Shown piece by piece: positions 32,969 through 40,972 of a stretch of DNA of 47,889 nt. How positions within the stretch are numbered: the stretch's first letter is position 1; each line of letters opens with the position of its first letter. The notes beneath the pieces are model-generated. The model did no database searches. It saw only the letters and a program-made list of their open reading frames with translations, and was not told where the DNA came from. Position numbers and translations under genes: made by a program. This DNA comes from Thermoplasmatota archaeon (GTDB lineage Archaea; Thermoplasmatota; SW-10-69-26; JACQPN01; JAJPHT01): positions 1-47,889 of the forward strand of contig DATMKA010000193.1 of the NCBI GenBank assembly GCA_035553595.1, read 5' to 3'.

Positions 32969-35900
32969 TCACTCCTCTCGGCCGCCGCGGGAGCGCTTCA
33001 CGACAACCACGGCCGCCACGACGACCACGAGCACGAAGCCGGCGATGAAGTACCAGTAGTCGCGCAGGAAGTCGTTGACTCCCTTGTTGGTCGCGTCCTG
33101 GACCGTCTCGGCCTTCGTGTCGAAGTAGTGCGTGTATTCCGCCTTCTTGGGGTCGGTGCGGATACCGTAGAGCGTGCTGCTGCGGGAGTCGGGGGCCTGG
33201 GCCACCTCGGTCACCACATCGTCGGCGAAGCTCGACTCGTCGTCGCCTGCGTTGAAGTACAGGACGGGAACGAGGTCGTCCTCGACATCGTAGATGAGGA
33301 ACTCGCGGCCGTCCGTGCGGACGATGCTGACCTCGCGGGCCTTGCGGATGGCGAACTCGGGGTCCTCACCCGTGAAGAAGGCCGAGTCGACCTCCTCCTC
33401 GCCACCCTCAGGACCCGTGCGGTCGAAGAGGTAGACGGGGCGGCCGTTGCCGGAGTCGAACACGAACTGGACCGCGCTCAGGATACCGAGGGAGGGGTTC
33501 CAGTAGGTGTCGCCCTCGCCCTCGCCGGAGGAGCGGCGGTTCGTGTCGAGGATGAAGGTGGTCTTCCCGTCACCCTCGGCGAAGAACGTCTCCACCACGC
33601 GGCTGCGCGTCGAGGCGGGGTTCCACTCGCGGAACACCTCGAAGCCGTTCGCGGGGTTGCGGTCGAGGTCGATGGCGAGCTCCTCGATGTCGTCGCCGTC
33701 CACGTCGTCGTGCTTGAAGTTGTACACGGCCACGTCGAAGTTGCCGCGCTGGCTCACGTTGAGCACGCGCTGCGTGCGGAGGGCGTCGAGGCTCCAGCCG
33801 TACACGGTGACCGTGCGGTCGCCAGGCTGGACCCACTCGCCACCGCGTTCGGTGGTGGGCGGCACGAAGCTGATGGTGACTTCCTTCTCCTCACCGGGCT
33901 TGAGGGTGAGGGGACGGTTGTCGAGCTCCACGCGGCGCTCCCAGGTGCGGTTGTCCCGGTTGGGAAGCGCGGCGATGAAGGTCAGGTTGTCCCAACCGTT
34001 GCCTTCGTTCTTCACGCGGAACTTGATGCTGCCGGACCCGCCGGGCTCGATCCAGAGCTTGTCCTTCGGCATCTGGAGGCTGAAGGCGTACTCGTGGATT
34101 TCCGCCGTGACCGAGCGCTCGGCGCGGCCCACGGCCGTCTTCGCGGCGGTGTAGGCGATGAGGGTGGCCGTGACGGAGGCGGCGCGCTCGGCATCCGCGG
34201 GAGCGGACACGTTGAGGAACACCTTCTTCGCGGCACCGGGGCCCACCTTAACGAGGGTGATGCCCTGGCGGCCCTGCTCGTCCTCGAGGGTGGCGCGCCA
34301 GCCCGTGGGGAGGTTGGACTGGGGCACTTCGAGGGGGAACTCGCCTTCGAGGCTGCCCACGTTCTTCACGAAGATGGGGAAGCGCACGAAGCCGGCCCGG
34401 TCCACGCTCTTCACGGGCTCGAGGGTGTCGAGGCTCGGCACCGCGGACCCTTCGAGGGTCGTGGTGGTGAAGGTGAGCAGGTTCACGGGGCGGTTGTTGC
34501 CGGTGATGCTGAGGCCGGACTGGCCCTTCGCGAAGGCCCGCACCGTGAAGGGGTAGCTGGACCCGCTCGTGGCACCGAGGGCCTGCACGACGAACTGCAC
34601 CTCGGCCTCCTCCTGGGGTTTGAGGGAGGTGAGCGTGGAGGGGACCACGCTGAGGGTGAAGTTCTTGTTGATGGTGGGGTCGGACGCGTTGGGGAACACG
34701 TCGAAGCTCACCGTCAGGCGCTCGTTGTACAGGTTCTTCACCTTGAAGGTGAAGTTCTGGGGCTCCGAGCGGCCGTTCTGGATGGCGATGGGCTTCACGA
34801 GCACGGAGGCATCCATGGGGAGGCGGCTCGCGATGTCGCGGTCGAGGATGAGGTGGCGGATGCTCGCCGAGGCGAGGTCCTTCTTCTCATCCGTCTGGCA
34901 CTTGTCCTGGCCGGTGAAGGCGCAGACGCGGTACCGGATGGAGCCGTCGCCCGTCTCCGTCTGGGGAATGTCCACGGTGGCCGTGACGACGCGGCGGTCG
35001 CCGGGGCCGATCGTGAGAATCGCCTGGGGAAGGGTGACGGACCAGGGGAGCGTCGCCGGGACCACGGGCTGGATGAGCACCGTGGCGGACTTCGCGCCCG
35101 TGTTCTCGATGGTGAGCGGGTAGCTCGAGGGCGTGCCCGCGCGCACCGTCACTTCCTTGGGCGCCGTGAAGGCCACGCCTTCGTTGCTGCGGACGTCCAC
35201 CTTGAGGTAGTAGTACTGGGGCTCGCCGAGCTTCTCAAGAGCCTTGACGACGAGGGTGGGCGCGATGCTGTCCACGTTCACCTTGGCGTTGGCGGGAGCC
35301 GTCACGCGGATGCGGATCTGGTGCTCCCAGTTGGTCACCATGGGCACGTAGGGCGTGTTGCGCGCCCCGCGGACCTGGAAGCTCGGAGGAATCAGGTTCA
35401 TGGCCGTCTTCCAGTCGAACTTCGCCGAGTCGGTGGTGTTCTGCGTCTCGTTACGCATCTCCACCTTCCAGCCCTCGGGGAACTGGCCGATCAGGGTGAG
35501 GTTCAGGCTGCGGTTGTTGAACTCCTGGCGGACGACATTATTGCTGGTGGTCCAGTTGTACCAACCGGTCACCCAGTTGTGGAGGTTGCTCACACGGTAG
35601 CTGAACTCGACAGACTGGCCGGGGAGGACGGTCTTCTGGTTGGTCTCGTCCGTCGCAATCTTGCGGGCCTCATCGTAGTTCGCGAGGGGGCGCAGGGGCT
35701 CAGCGTGGAACTCGAACGTGCGGACCTGAGGGTCGCTCTCCTTGTCGGATCCCTTCGCCTGATAGACCCCCTTGAGGGACACCTGTACCGCGTTCTTCAC
35801 GGTGGTGTTGCTCTTGTCGATGGCTTCCACCGCCATGGAGAGGGTGCGGCCGAGGAAGTACACGGAGTCCGTCTGGCGGACCTTCACGTACACCTCCGCG

Positions 35901-38374
35901 CGCTCGCCGGGGGCGAGGTCCTTGACCTCGTAGCCGCTCACGCCGCCCACGGTGGTGGTCGTGAGGGACTTCCACTGGTAGGAGATCCCGCTCGGGCTCA
36001 CGACGGGGCGGTAGTGGCCGAAGTCGGCGCGCTCGTTGCTGGGCTCGCGGGTGTCGGGGAAGGGAGAGGCCTGAGGACGGAAGAAGGTCGGGGGGAACAC
36101 ATCCGTAATCTCGGGGCTTCCAGACTCCTGGAAGCTCGCGATGCGGAGCAGGTAGTCCGTCTTGAGGGTGCCCGTGTTGGTGACCCAGAGGCGGAACTGG
36201 ACCCAGTCCGGCGCGCGCTGGTCGAGCTCGTAGTCGCCGCTCACTCCAGGCGGCTTACCGCCGGAGCCCTGGTAGAGGGCGGCGGTGTCCGCCGTTCCCG
36301 TACCGCAGGTGACGTTCCACCAGTCGTTCTTGTTGTTGTCCTTCGTGCTGTACGAAGCGTACGTGCTGCCAGGCAGAGCCTCGTTGTCGGGGAAGCACCC
36401 GCGCAGCACCGTGGCGGAGGCCGTGGTCTGCATCTTCTCGGACGAGGGGTCGAAGACCTGGAGGTCGAACTTGCTCACGCCGCGAAGGACGGTGTCGAGG
36501 AGCTTCGTGGGGGAGCGCACGTCCGCGAGACCGCCGAGGCTCGTCGCGATGGCGGTGAGGCGGAAGGTGCGGTCGGTGCGCTCCGCGGTGGGGGGCGTGG
36601 TCACGCTCACCGTGACGACCGCCACCTGGCCGGGGGGAACGTCCGTGACGCGCACGTCGCCCTTTGGCGTGTAGTCGAAGCCCGTGGCGCCGCCCGCCGT
36701 CAGGTTCAGGATGAAGGAGTCGTGGTCGTTGCCCTTGTTCCACACGAGCACGTCGTAGCTCGTCCCACCGATGGTGGTGAGCACCTCACGGGTCTTGTCC
36801 GTGATGAGCTCCACGCCGCGCTGCTGGTTCGCCACGAGGGTCGTGGCGAGGGTGACCGTCTGCTCCGTGGGGTCGAGGAGGCTGCGGGCGGTGATGGTGA
36901 GGGAGGACACGTCGCCCACCTTGCCGTCGCCAGGAGCGGTGACGGTGACGGGGATGCGGCGGGTCTCACCGGGGCGGAGGCTGAACTGCACGTTCTGCTG
37001 GGCGAGCTCGCCGCTCACGTCCCAGGCGCGCGTGTTCCACTTCGTGGAGAGGGTGAACGCGTCGGCCGTGGCGCCGCCATTCTTGAGGGAGAGGAGGTAG
37101 GTGGTGGACTTCACGCCGGTGGTGCCGTTGAAGATGGCGTGGCCAGCGGAGTCGCCGCTGACGAGCCCGAAGGTGAAGGCAGTGGAGGAGATGCTGAAGG
37201 TGGTGGAGACGGGGAGGACGAGGTTGTCTCCGCCGCGCTTGAGCTTCACCGAGTAGTCCCACTTGTACGTGCCCACGGAGAGGTGCTCGTACTTGAAGAC
37301 GGGGAGCTGCCACACGCTGAGGCCCTGAGCCTCGGCGTTCGTGTTGGTGGGCTTGAGGGGGACGGCCGAGGGGTGGTTGGGGTCCGAGATGTTCATGTCC
37401 ACCGCGTTGCCCTTCGGGTCCTTGGCAGTGGCGAGGATCTCGAAGTTGTTCGTGGTGCGGTCCTCGCCGCCACGGGCCGTGGGCGTGGTGCCGAAGGCGC
37501 TCTTCACGGCAATCCAGGCCGAGAGGCGGTTCTCGGCGTTGTTGTCCTTCCTCGCGAAGGTGTTGTCGGAGGGGAGCTTGTTGGCGGAGTCGAGGAACCA
37601 GGGGGCCGCGTAAACGAAGTCCTTGGCCGTGAACTGGAGGTTGCTCGGGGCCTGCTGGCTCTCGTAGAAGAGCGTCCAGGTGGGGGCCTGGGCTGCGCCG
37701 CCGATCACCGAGTCGGTTCCGTAGCGGGCCGTGAGGTGGACGCGGATGCGGTAGTCCACGGGCACGACGACTTCCGCCTTGGGGAGGGGGAGCTTCGCGT
37801 GGAGGAGGCTGCGGCTGAGGGAGCCCGCGACGTTGGTCGCGTTGGCCGCCTGGATACGGTAGTCCTTGACGATCTCGAGCATCGAGGGGTCGCCGTCCTT
37901 CTGGGCGTCGATGTCGACCTCCCAGTAGAGGCCCGACTCGATGTCGGTCGGGGCCGGGCGCCCCACATAGAAGCTGATCTCGGGGAGCGTGCTCTTCACG
38001 AGGGTGATCTCGTGGGTGAGCGCGGGGGAGACGAAGAGCGCTTCAGGGCGGTCGGTGCCACCGTAGGTTTCCATCTTGTGGCCGGGGTTCGCCGGGTTCG
38101 CGGCTTCGTCCACCGTGGGCCGGCCAAGACCGAGGTAGTGGACGTCGATGGGGAACTGGTCGGCAGGGTCCGAGTCGGTGTCGAGACCCTTGAAGTAAAC
38201 CTTGTGGGTGCCGAAGAGCGCCTCCCAGGGACCCTTCACGTCAGCCGTGGGGCCTGTGGGCGGGAGGACGACGGCCGCGGCGGCCGGCGTGGCCAGGAAG
38301 GAGAAGGCCGGAAGCAGGAAGGCAAAGGCGAGGGCCACGGCCTTGAAGCGGGTTGCGCGGGAGGACTGGTTCAT
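32969..38374 (-). CDS. giant (1801 aa) cell-surface protein: signal peptide, 10 or more Ig-like CARDB/NEW3-type modules, acidic C-terminal region, C-terminal TM anchor
   Basis: Internal ATG (CAT 38372-38374, preceded by GAGGTGA) gives MNQSSRATRFKAVALAFAFLLPAFSFLATPAAAA. Recurrent module signatures: LKNGGATAD, VWNKGNDHD, VTNTGTLKT, IENTGAKSA, VKNVGSLEG, VKNEGNGWD, each followed by PGE/PGQ...V.V.V strands. At least 15 N-x-S/T sequons. The tail YWYFIAGFVLVVVVAAVVVVKRSRGGREE is a TM helix plus basic stop-transfer. Confidence 0.8.
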   Translation of the reverse strand: MNQSSRATRFKAVALAFAFLLPAFSFLATPAAAAVVLPPTGPTADVKGPWEALFGTHKVYFKGLDTDSDPADQFPIDVHYLGLGRPTVDEAANPANPGHKMETYGGTDRPEALFVSPALTHEITLVKSTLPEISFYVGRPAPTDIESGLYWEVDIDAQKDGDPSMLEIVKDYRIQAANATNVAGSLSRSLLHAKLPLPKAEVVVPVDYRIRVHLTARYGTDSVIGGAAQAPTWTLFYESQQAPSNLQFTAKDFVYAAPWFLDSANKLPSDNTFARKDNNAENRLSAWIAVKSAFGTTPTARGGEDRTTNNFEILATAKDPKGNAVDMNISDPNHPSAVPLKPTNTNAEAQGLSVWQLPVFKYEHLSVGTYKWDYSVKLKRGGDNLVLPVSTTFSISSTAFTFGLVSGDSAGHAIFNGTTGVKSTTYLLSLKNGGATADAFTLSTKWNTRAWDVSGELAQQNVQFSLRPGETRRIPVTVTAPGDGKVGDVSSLTITARSLLDPTEQTVTLATTLVANQQRGVELITDKTREVLTTIGGTSYDVLVWNKGNDHDSFILNLTAGGATGFDYTPKGDVRVTDVPPGQVAVVTVSVTTPPTAERTDRTFRLTAIATSLGGLADVRSPTKLLDTVLRGVSKFDLQVFDPSSEKMQTTASATVLRGCFPDNEALPGSTYASYSTKDNNKNDWWNVTCGTGTADTAALYQGSGGKPPGVSGDYELDQRAPDWVQFRLWVTNTGTLKTDYLLRIASFQESGSPEITDVFPPTFFRPQASPFPDTREPSNERADFGHYRPVVSPSGISYQWKSLTTTTVGGVSGYEVKDLAPGERAEVYVKVRQTDSVYFLGRTLSMAVEAIDKSNTTVKNAVQVSLKGVYQAKGSDKESDPQVRTFEFHAEPLRPLANYDEARKIATDETNQKTVLPGQSVEFSYRVSNLHNWVTGWYNWTTSNNVVRQEFNNRSLNLTLIGQFPEGWKVEMRNETQNTTDSAKFDWKTAMNLIPPSFQVRGARNTPYVPMVTNWEHQIRIRVTAPANAKVNVDSIAPTLVVKALEKLGEPQYYYLKVDVRSNEGVAFTAPKEVTVRAGTPSSYPLTIENTGAKSATVLIQPVVPATLPWSVTLPQAILTIGPGDRRVVTATVDIPQTETGDGSIRYRVCAFTGQDKCQTDEKKDLASASIRHLILDRDIASRLPMDASVLVKPIAIQNGRSEPQNFTFKVKNLYNERLTVSFDVFPNASDPTINKNFTLSVVPSTLTSLKPQEEAEVQFVVQALGATSGSSYPFTVRAFAKGQSGLSITGNNRPVNLLTFTTTTLEGSAVPSLDTLEPVKSVDRAGFVRFPIFVKNVGSLEGEFPLEVPQSNLPTGWRATLEDEQGRQGITLVKVGPGAAKKVFLNVSAPADAERAASVTATLIAYTAAKTAVGRAERSVTAEIHEYAFSLQMPKDKLWIEPGGSGSIKFRVKNEGNGWDNLTFIAALPNRDNRTWERRVELDNRPLTLKPGEEKEVTISFVPPTTERGGEWVQPGDRTVTVYGWSLDALRTQRVLNVSQRGNFDVAVYNFKHDDVDGDDIEELAIDLDRNPANGFEVFREWNPASTRSRVVETFFAEGDGKTTFILDTNRRSSGEGEGDTYWNPSLGILSAVQFVFDSGNGRPVYLFDRTGPEGGEEEVDSAFFTGEDPEFAIRKAREVSIVRTDGREFLIYDVEDDLVPVLYFNAGDDESSFADDVVTEVAQAPDSRSSTLYGIRTDPKKAEYTHYFDTKAETVQDATNKGVNDFLRDYWYFIAGFVLVVVVAAVVVVKRSRGGREE

Positions 38375-38460
38375 ACGGTCACCTCGAAGAGGTCGGGGTT
38401 GGGATGGCCGGGCCGCCGAAGCGGATCGACCAGCGACAGGGACAGAGGAGGAGGCGCGCG

Positions 38461-40881
38461 TCACTGGCGGCGCACCCCCTGGCGGCGCGCGGCGAAGGCC
38501 GCAAGCGCAAGGAGCAGGCCCGCGAGGCCGAAGCCGGGGGCCGGCACGTTGTTCTGCTGGTTGACGGTGGGAGGCTTGGGCGTGGGCTCCTTCACCTTCA
38601 CGACAAGCGTGTGGTTCTTCCACTCGAGGGGCTTGTCGGCGAGGCTCAGGTTCACGACGGAGCGCAGGGTCTCGCCGATGACGTCCTTCGCGCCAGGCTC
38701 GCGCCCACCGGGAACGGTCACGGTGACGTTCAGCTTGTACGTCTTGCCCTTCGGCACGACGAAGCTGTACTCGTCGACGTTGACGTTCCAGCCGCGGAGG
38801 TCGGTCGGGCCGTCCTCGATGAGGGTGCCGACGCGGATGACCGCGTCCGTGGTGCCGGTGTTCCGCACGTTGATGACGTACTTCGCGGCCTTGCCGGGCT
38901 CCACGAGGCGGGAGGCACCGTCAAGGCTCGACTCGAAGCTCGTCACGGGGTTCACAAGGTAGGAGATGGTCTCGGAGAAGCGGGTCTGGCCGCTCACCGC
39001 GCTCACCGTCACGTTCATGCGCGCCCCGTCGGGAGCGTCGCTCGGCACGAGGATGCGGAGCCTGGTGGTCGTGGTGGACTTCGCAGGCACCTGGAGGACA
39101 CCGCTCGCATCCGCCCCGGAGAGCGTGTACTCCCAGGTGGCGGAGGGAGTGCCCCGCTGGCGCACCCCGAGGGTCACCGTGGCGGGAACGTTGCCGGTGT
39201 TGGCAAGAAGGAGCGCCACCTCATCGGTGTCCCCCTGCTTCACCTGGCGAGAGAGGTCGCCAAGGAGTTGGACGGCAAAGGCACGGATGGGCTCCACGTT
39301 GAGGGCCAGCGTCGCGTTCTTCGGGATGGCGCCGGGCGCGGTCGCGCTCACGACGGCCTGAAGGGTGCCCGTGCCCGCGTTCCGCGCGACGAGGGTGAGG
39401 TTCGCCTCGATGCTCTCACCGGGGCGGAGCGTGAAGAGGGTGGGCTCGAGGAGGGTGGCGATGCCGCCGCTCGCGTTCACGCCGAGCTGGAAGGTCTGGG
39501 CGATGCTGCCGTCGTTGCGCACCTTCACGGGGATGCTCAGGGGAACATCGTTGCGGATCGTGTAGTTCGCGGCGAGGTCCTCGCGGCCGGGGGAGGTGAC
39601 GAGGCCGAAGCCGAAGGCGCGGGTGGCATCGTAGGCGTACACGCGGGACCCGTCGGCGAGGGCAACGCGGGCGCCGTCGGCGCTAAGGGCGATGCCGCGC
39701 ACGTCGTTGAGGCCGGCAATCGTCCAGATGGGGACGGGCTCAGCGGCGTGGAAGGCGAAGCCCTTCCCGTTGGCGGCCGCGAGGTAGGTGCCGTCGGCGG
39801 AGAGGGAAAGGGCCCGCACGGGCTGGCTCGCGCCGAGGCCGTAGCTCCAGCGCTGGGCGATATCGCCGTTCGCATTGAGGGCGAAGAGCACGATGGCCGT
39901 GCCGTTTCCGACCGCGAAGGCGCGCCCGTCGTGGGACATGGCGGTGGCGGTCACGAGGCTGCGACCGAGGCCGACGCTGCCGCGGAGGGCGGTGCTCTCG
40001 GCCTGGTTGGGGTAGACGAGGATGCCGCCCGCCTGGGTGACGGCCGTGAAGAGGGTCCCGTCGCGGCTCATGCGGACGTGGTGGACGATGCTGTCGTCCA
40101 CGCCGGGGAGCGTCGCGTTCCAGACGCGGCTGACGCCGAGACCGCTGTAGTGGTAGAGGGAGAGGGCACCGTAGGAGAGGCCGCCAACGACCTCGCGGCC
40201 GCCGGCCACGATCCACTGGCCATCGCCGCTCATGGCGACGGACGTGAGGACGCCCGGGTGGCCCCCGGCGAAGACCTGGCTGCCGGTGCCGCCCGTGGTG
40301 AAGAGGTAGAGTTTGCCGGTGGTGCCGTCGCCGGCGCTCACGGCGAGGACGCCGCCGTTCGCGCTCAGGGCAAGACCCGTCACGGGCTCCGCGATCCGCT
40401 TGGACCAGTTGGCGCCGGTGCGGGCGTTCATCACGAACACGTTCTCGGTGTCCGTGTAGGTGGCGCCGCCGGCGATCATGCGCCCGTCGGCGGAGGCGGC
40501 GACGACGCGCGTGGCCTCGGAGTTGATGCGGGCGAGGCGCTGGGAGGTCTGGGTCGGGTTGCCCCCGAGGCCGCCCGCGCCTTCCGGCACGTCGTCGAAG
40601 GCGTAGGCGAAGCCGCGCGTGAAGTTGTAGGCGAAGAAGTCGTCGTCGAACTGGTCGTCCTGGCCGCTGGTCGCGAGGGTGCGGGTGTCAGTGCCCACGG
40701 CCATACTATCGACCGTGTCGGAGGCGGCGAAGGCAAGGACGGGGCCCCCTGGGGGCACCTGGGTGGTTGTGGCCCAGGTCTGCGCCTTGGGGGGCGCGGC
40801 GAGGACGGTAGGGGATCCGACGAGGAGGGCCGGCAGCAGAAGCACGCCGACCATGAACAAGACTTGCTTTACGCTGCCCAT
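38461..40881 (-). CDS. surface protein: signal peptide, multi-blade beta-propeller, three Ig-like CARDB/NEW3-type modules, PGF-CTERM-like anchor
   Basis: Internal ATG (CAT 40879-40881) gives MGSVKQVLFMVGVLLLPALLVGSPTVLAAP. Blade motifs: LALSANGGVLAV, VAMSGDGQWIVA, VRMSRDGTLFTA, TAMSHDGRAFAV, LSLSADGTYLAA, IALSADGARVAL. Modules VRNDGSIAQ, LANTGNVPA, VRNTGTTDA. C-terminus EPTPKPPTVNQQNNVPAPGFGLAGLLLALAAFAARRQGVRRQ. Confidence 0.8.
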   Translation of the reverse strand: MGSVKQVLFMVGVLLLPALLVGSPTVLAAPPKAQTWATTTQVPPGGPVLAFAASDTVDSMAVGTDTRTLATSGQDDQFDDDFFAYNFTRGFAYAFDDVPEGAGGLGGNPTQTSQRLARINSEATRVVAASADGRMIAGGATYTDTENVFVMNARTGANWSKRIAEPVTGLALSANGGVLAVSAGDGTTGKLYLFTTGGTGSQVFAGGHPGVLTSVAMSGDGQWIVAGGREVVGGLSYGALSLYHYSGLGVSRVWNATLPGVDDSIVHHVRMSRDGTLFTAVTQAGGILVYPNQAESTALRGSVGLGRSLVTATAMSHDGRAFAVGNGTAIVLFALNANGDIAQRWSYGLGASQPVRALSLSADGTYLAAANGKGFAFHAAEPVPIWTIAGLNDVRGIALSADGARVALADGSRVYAYDATRAFGFGLVTSPGREDLAANYTIRNDVPLSIPVKVRNDGSIAQTFQLGVNASGGIATLLEPTLFTLRPGESIEANLTLVARNAGTGTLQAVVSATAPGAIPKNATLALNVEPIRAFAVQLLGDLSRQVKQGDTDEVALLLANTGNVPATVTLGVRQRGTPSATWEYTLSGADASGVLQVPAKSTTTTRLRILVPSDAPDGARMNVTVSAVSGQTRFSETISYLVNPVTSFESSLDGASRLVEPGKAAKYVINVRNTGTTDAVIRVGTLIEDGPTDLRGWNVNVDEYSFVVPKGKTYKLNVTVTVPGGREPGAKDVIGETLRSVVNLSLADKPLEWKNHTLVVKVKEPTPKPPTVNQQNNVPAPGFGLAGLLLALAAFAARRQGVRRQ

Positions 40882-40972
40882 GACATCACCCGCGGTGCCG
40901 TGTCCATCATGATCTTGGTATCTAAGGGTTTCTTCCGGGTCGCTCTGACGGCCGGTTTCGTCCCTTGCAACG

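Noticed and set aside
32891-38962. 2023-aa plus-strand ORF, the longest in the track
   Set aside because: It lies exactly antisense to the giant surface-protein genes. The translation is a low-complexity G/A/V/E/D/R/H/L mix with no motifs. This is the typical stop-free shadow frame of a high-GC coding region. The minus-strand frame has signal peptides, repeated modules and anchors.
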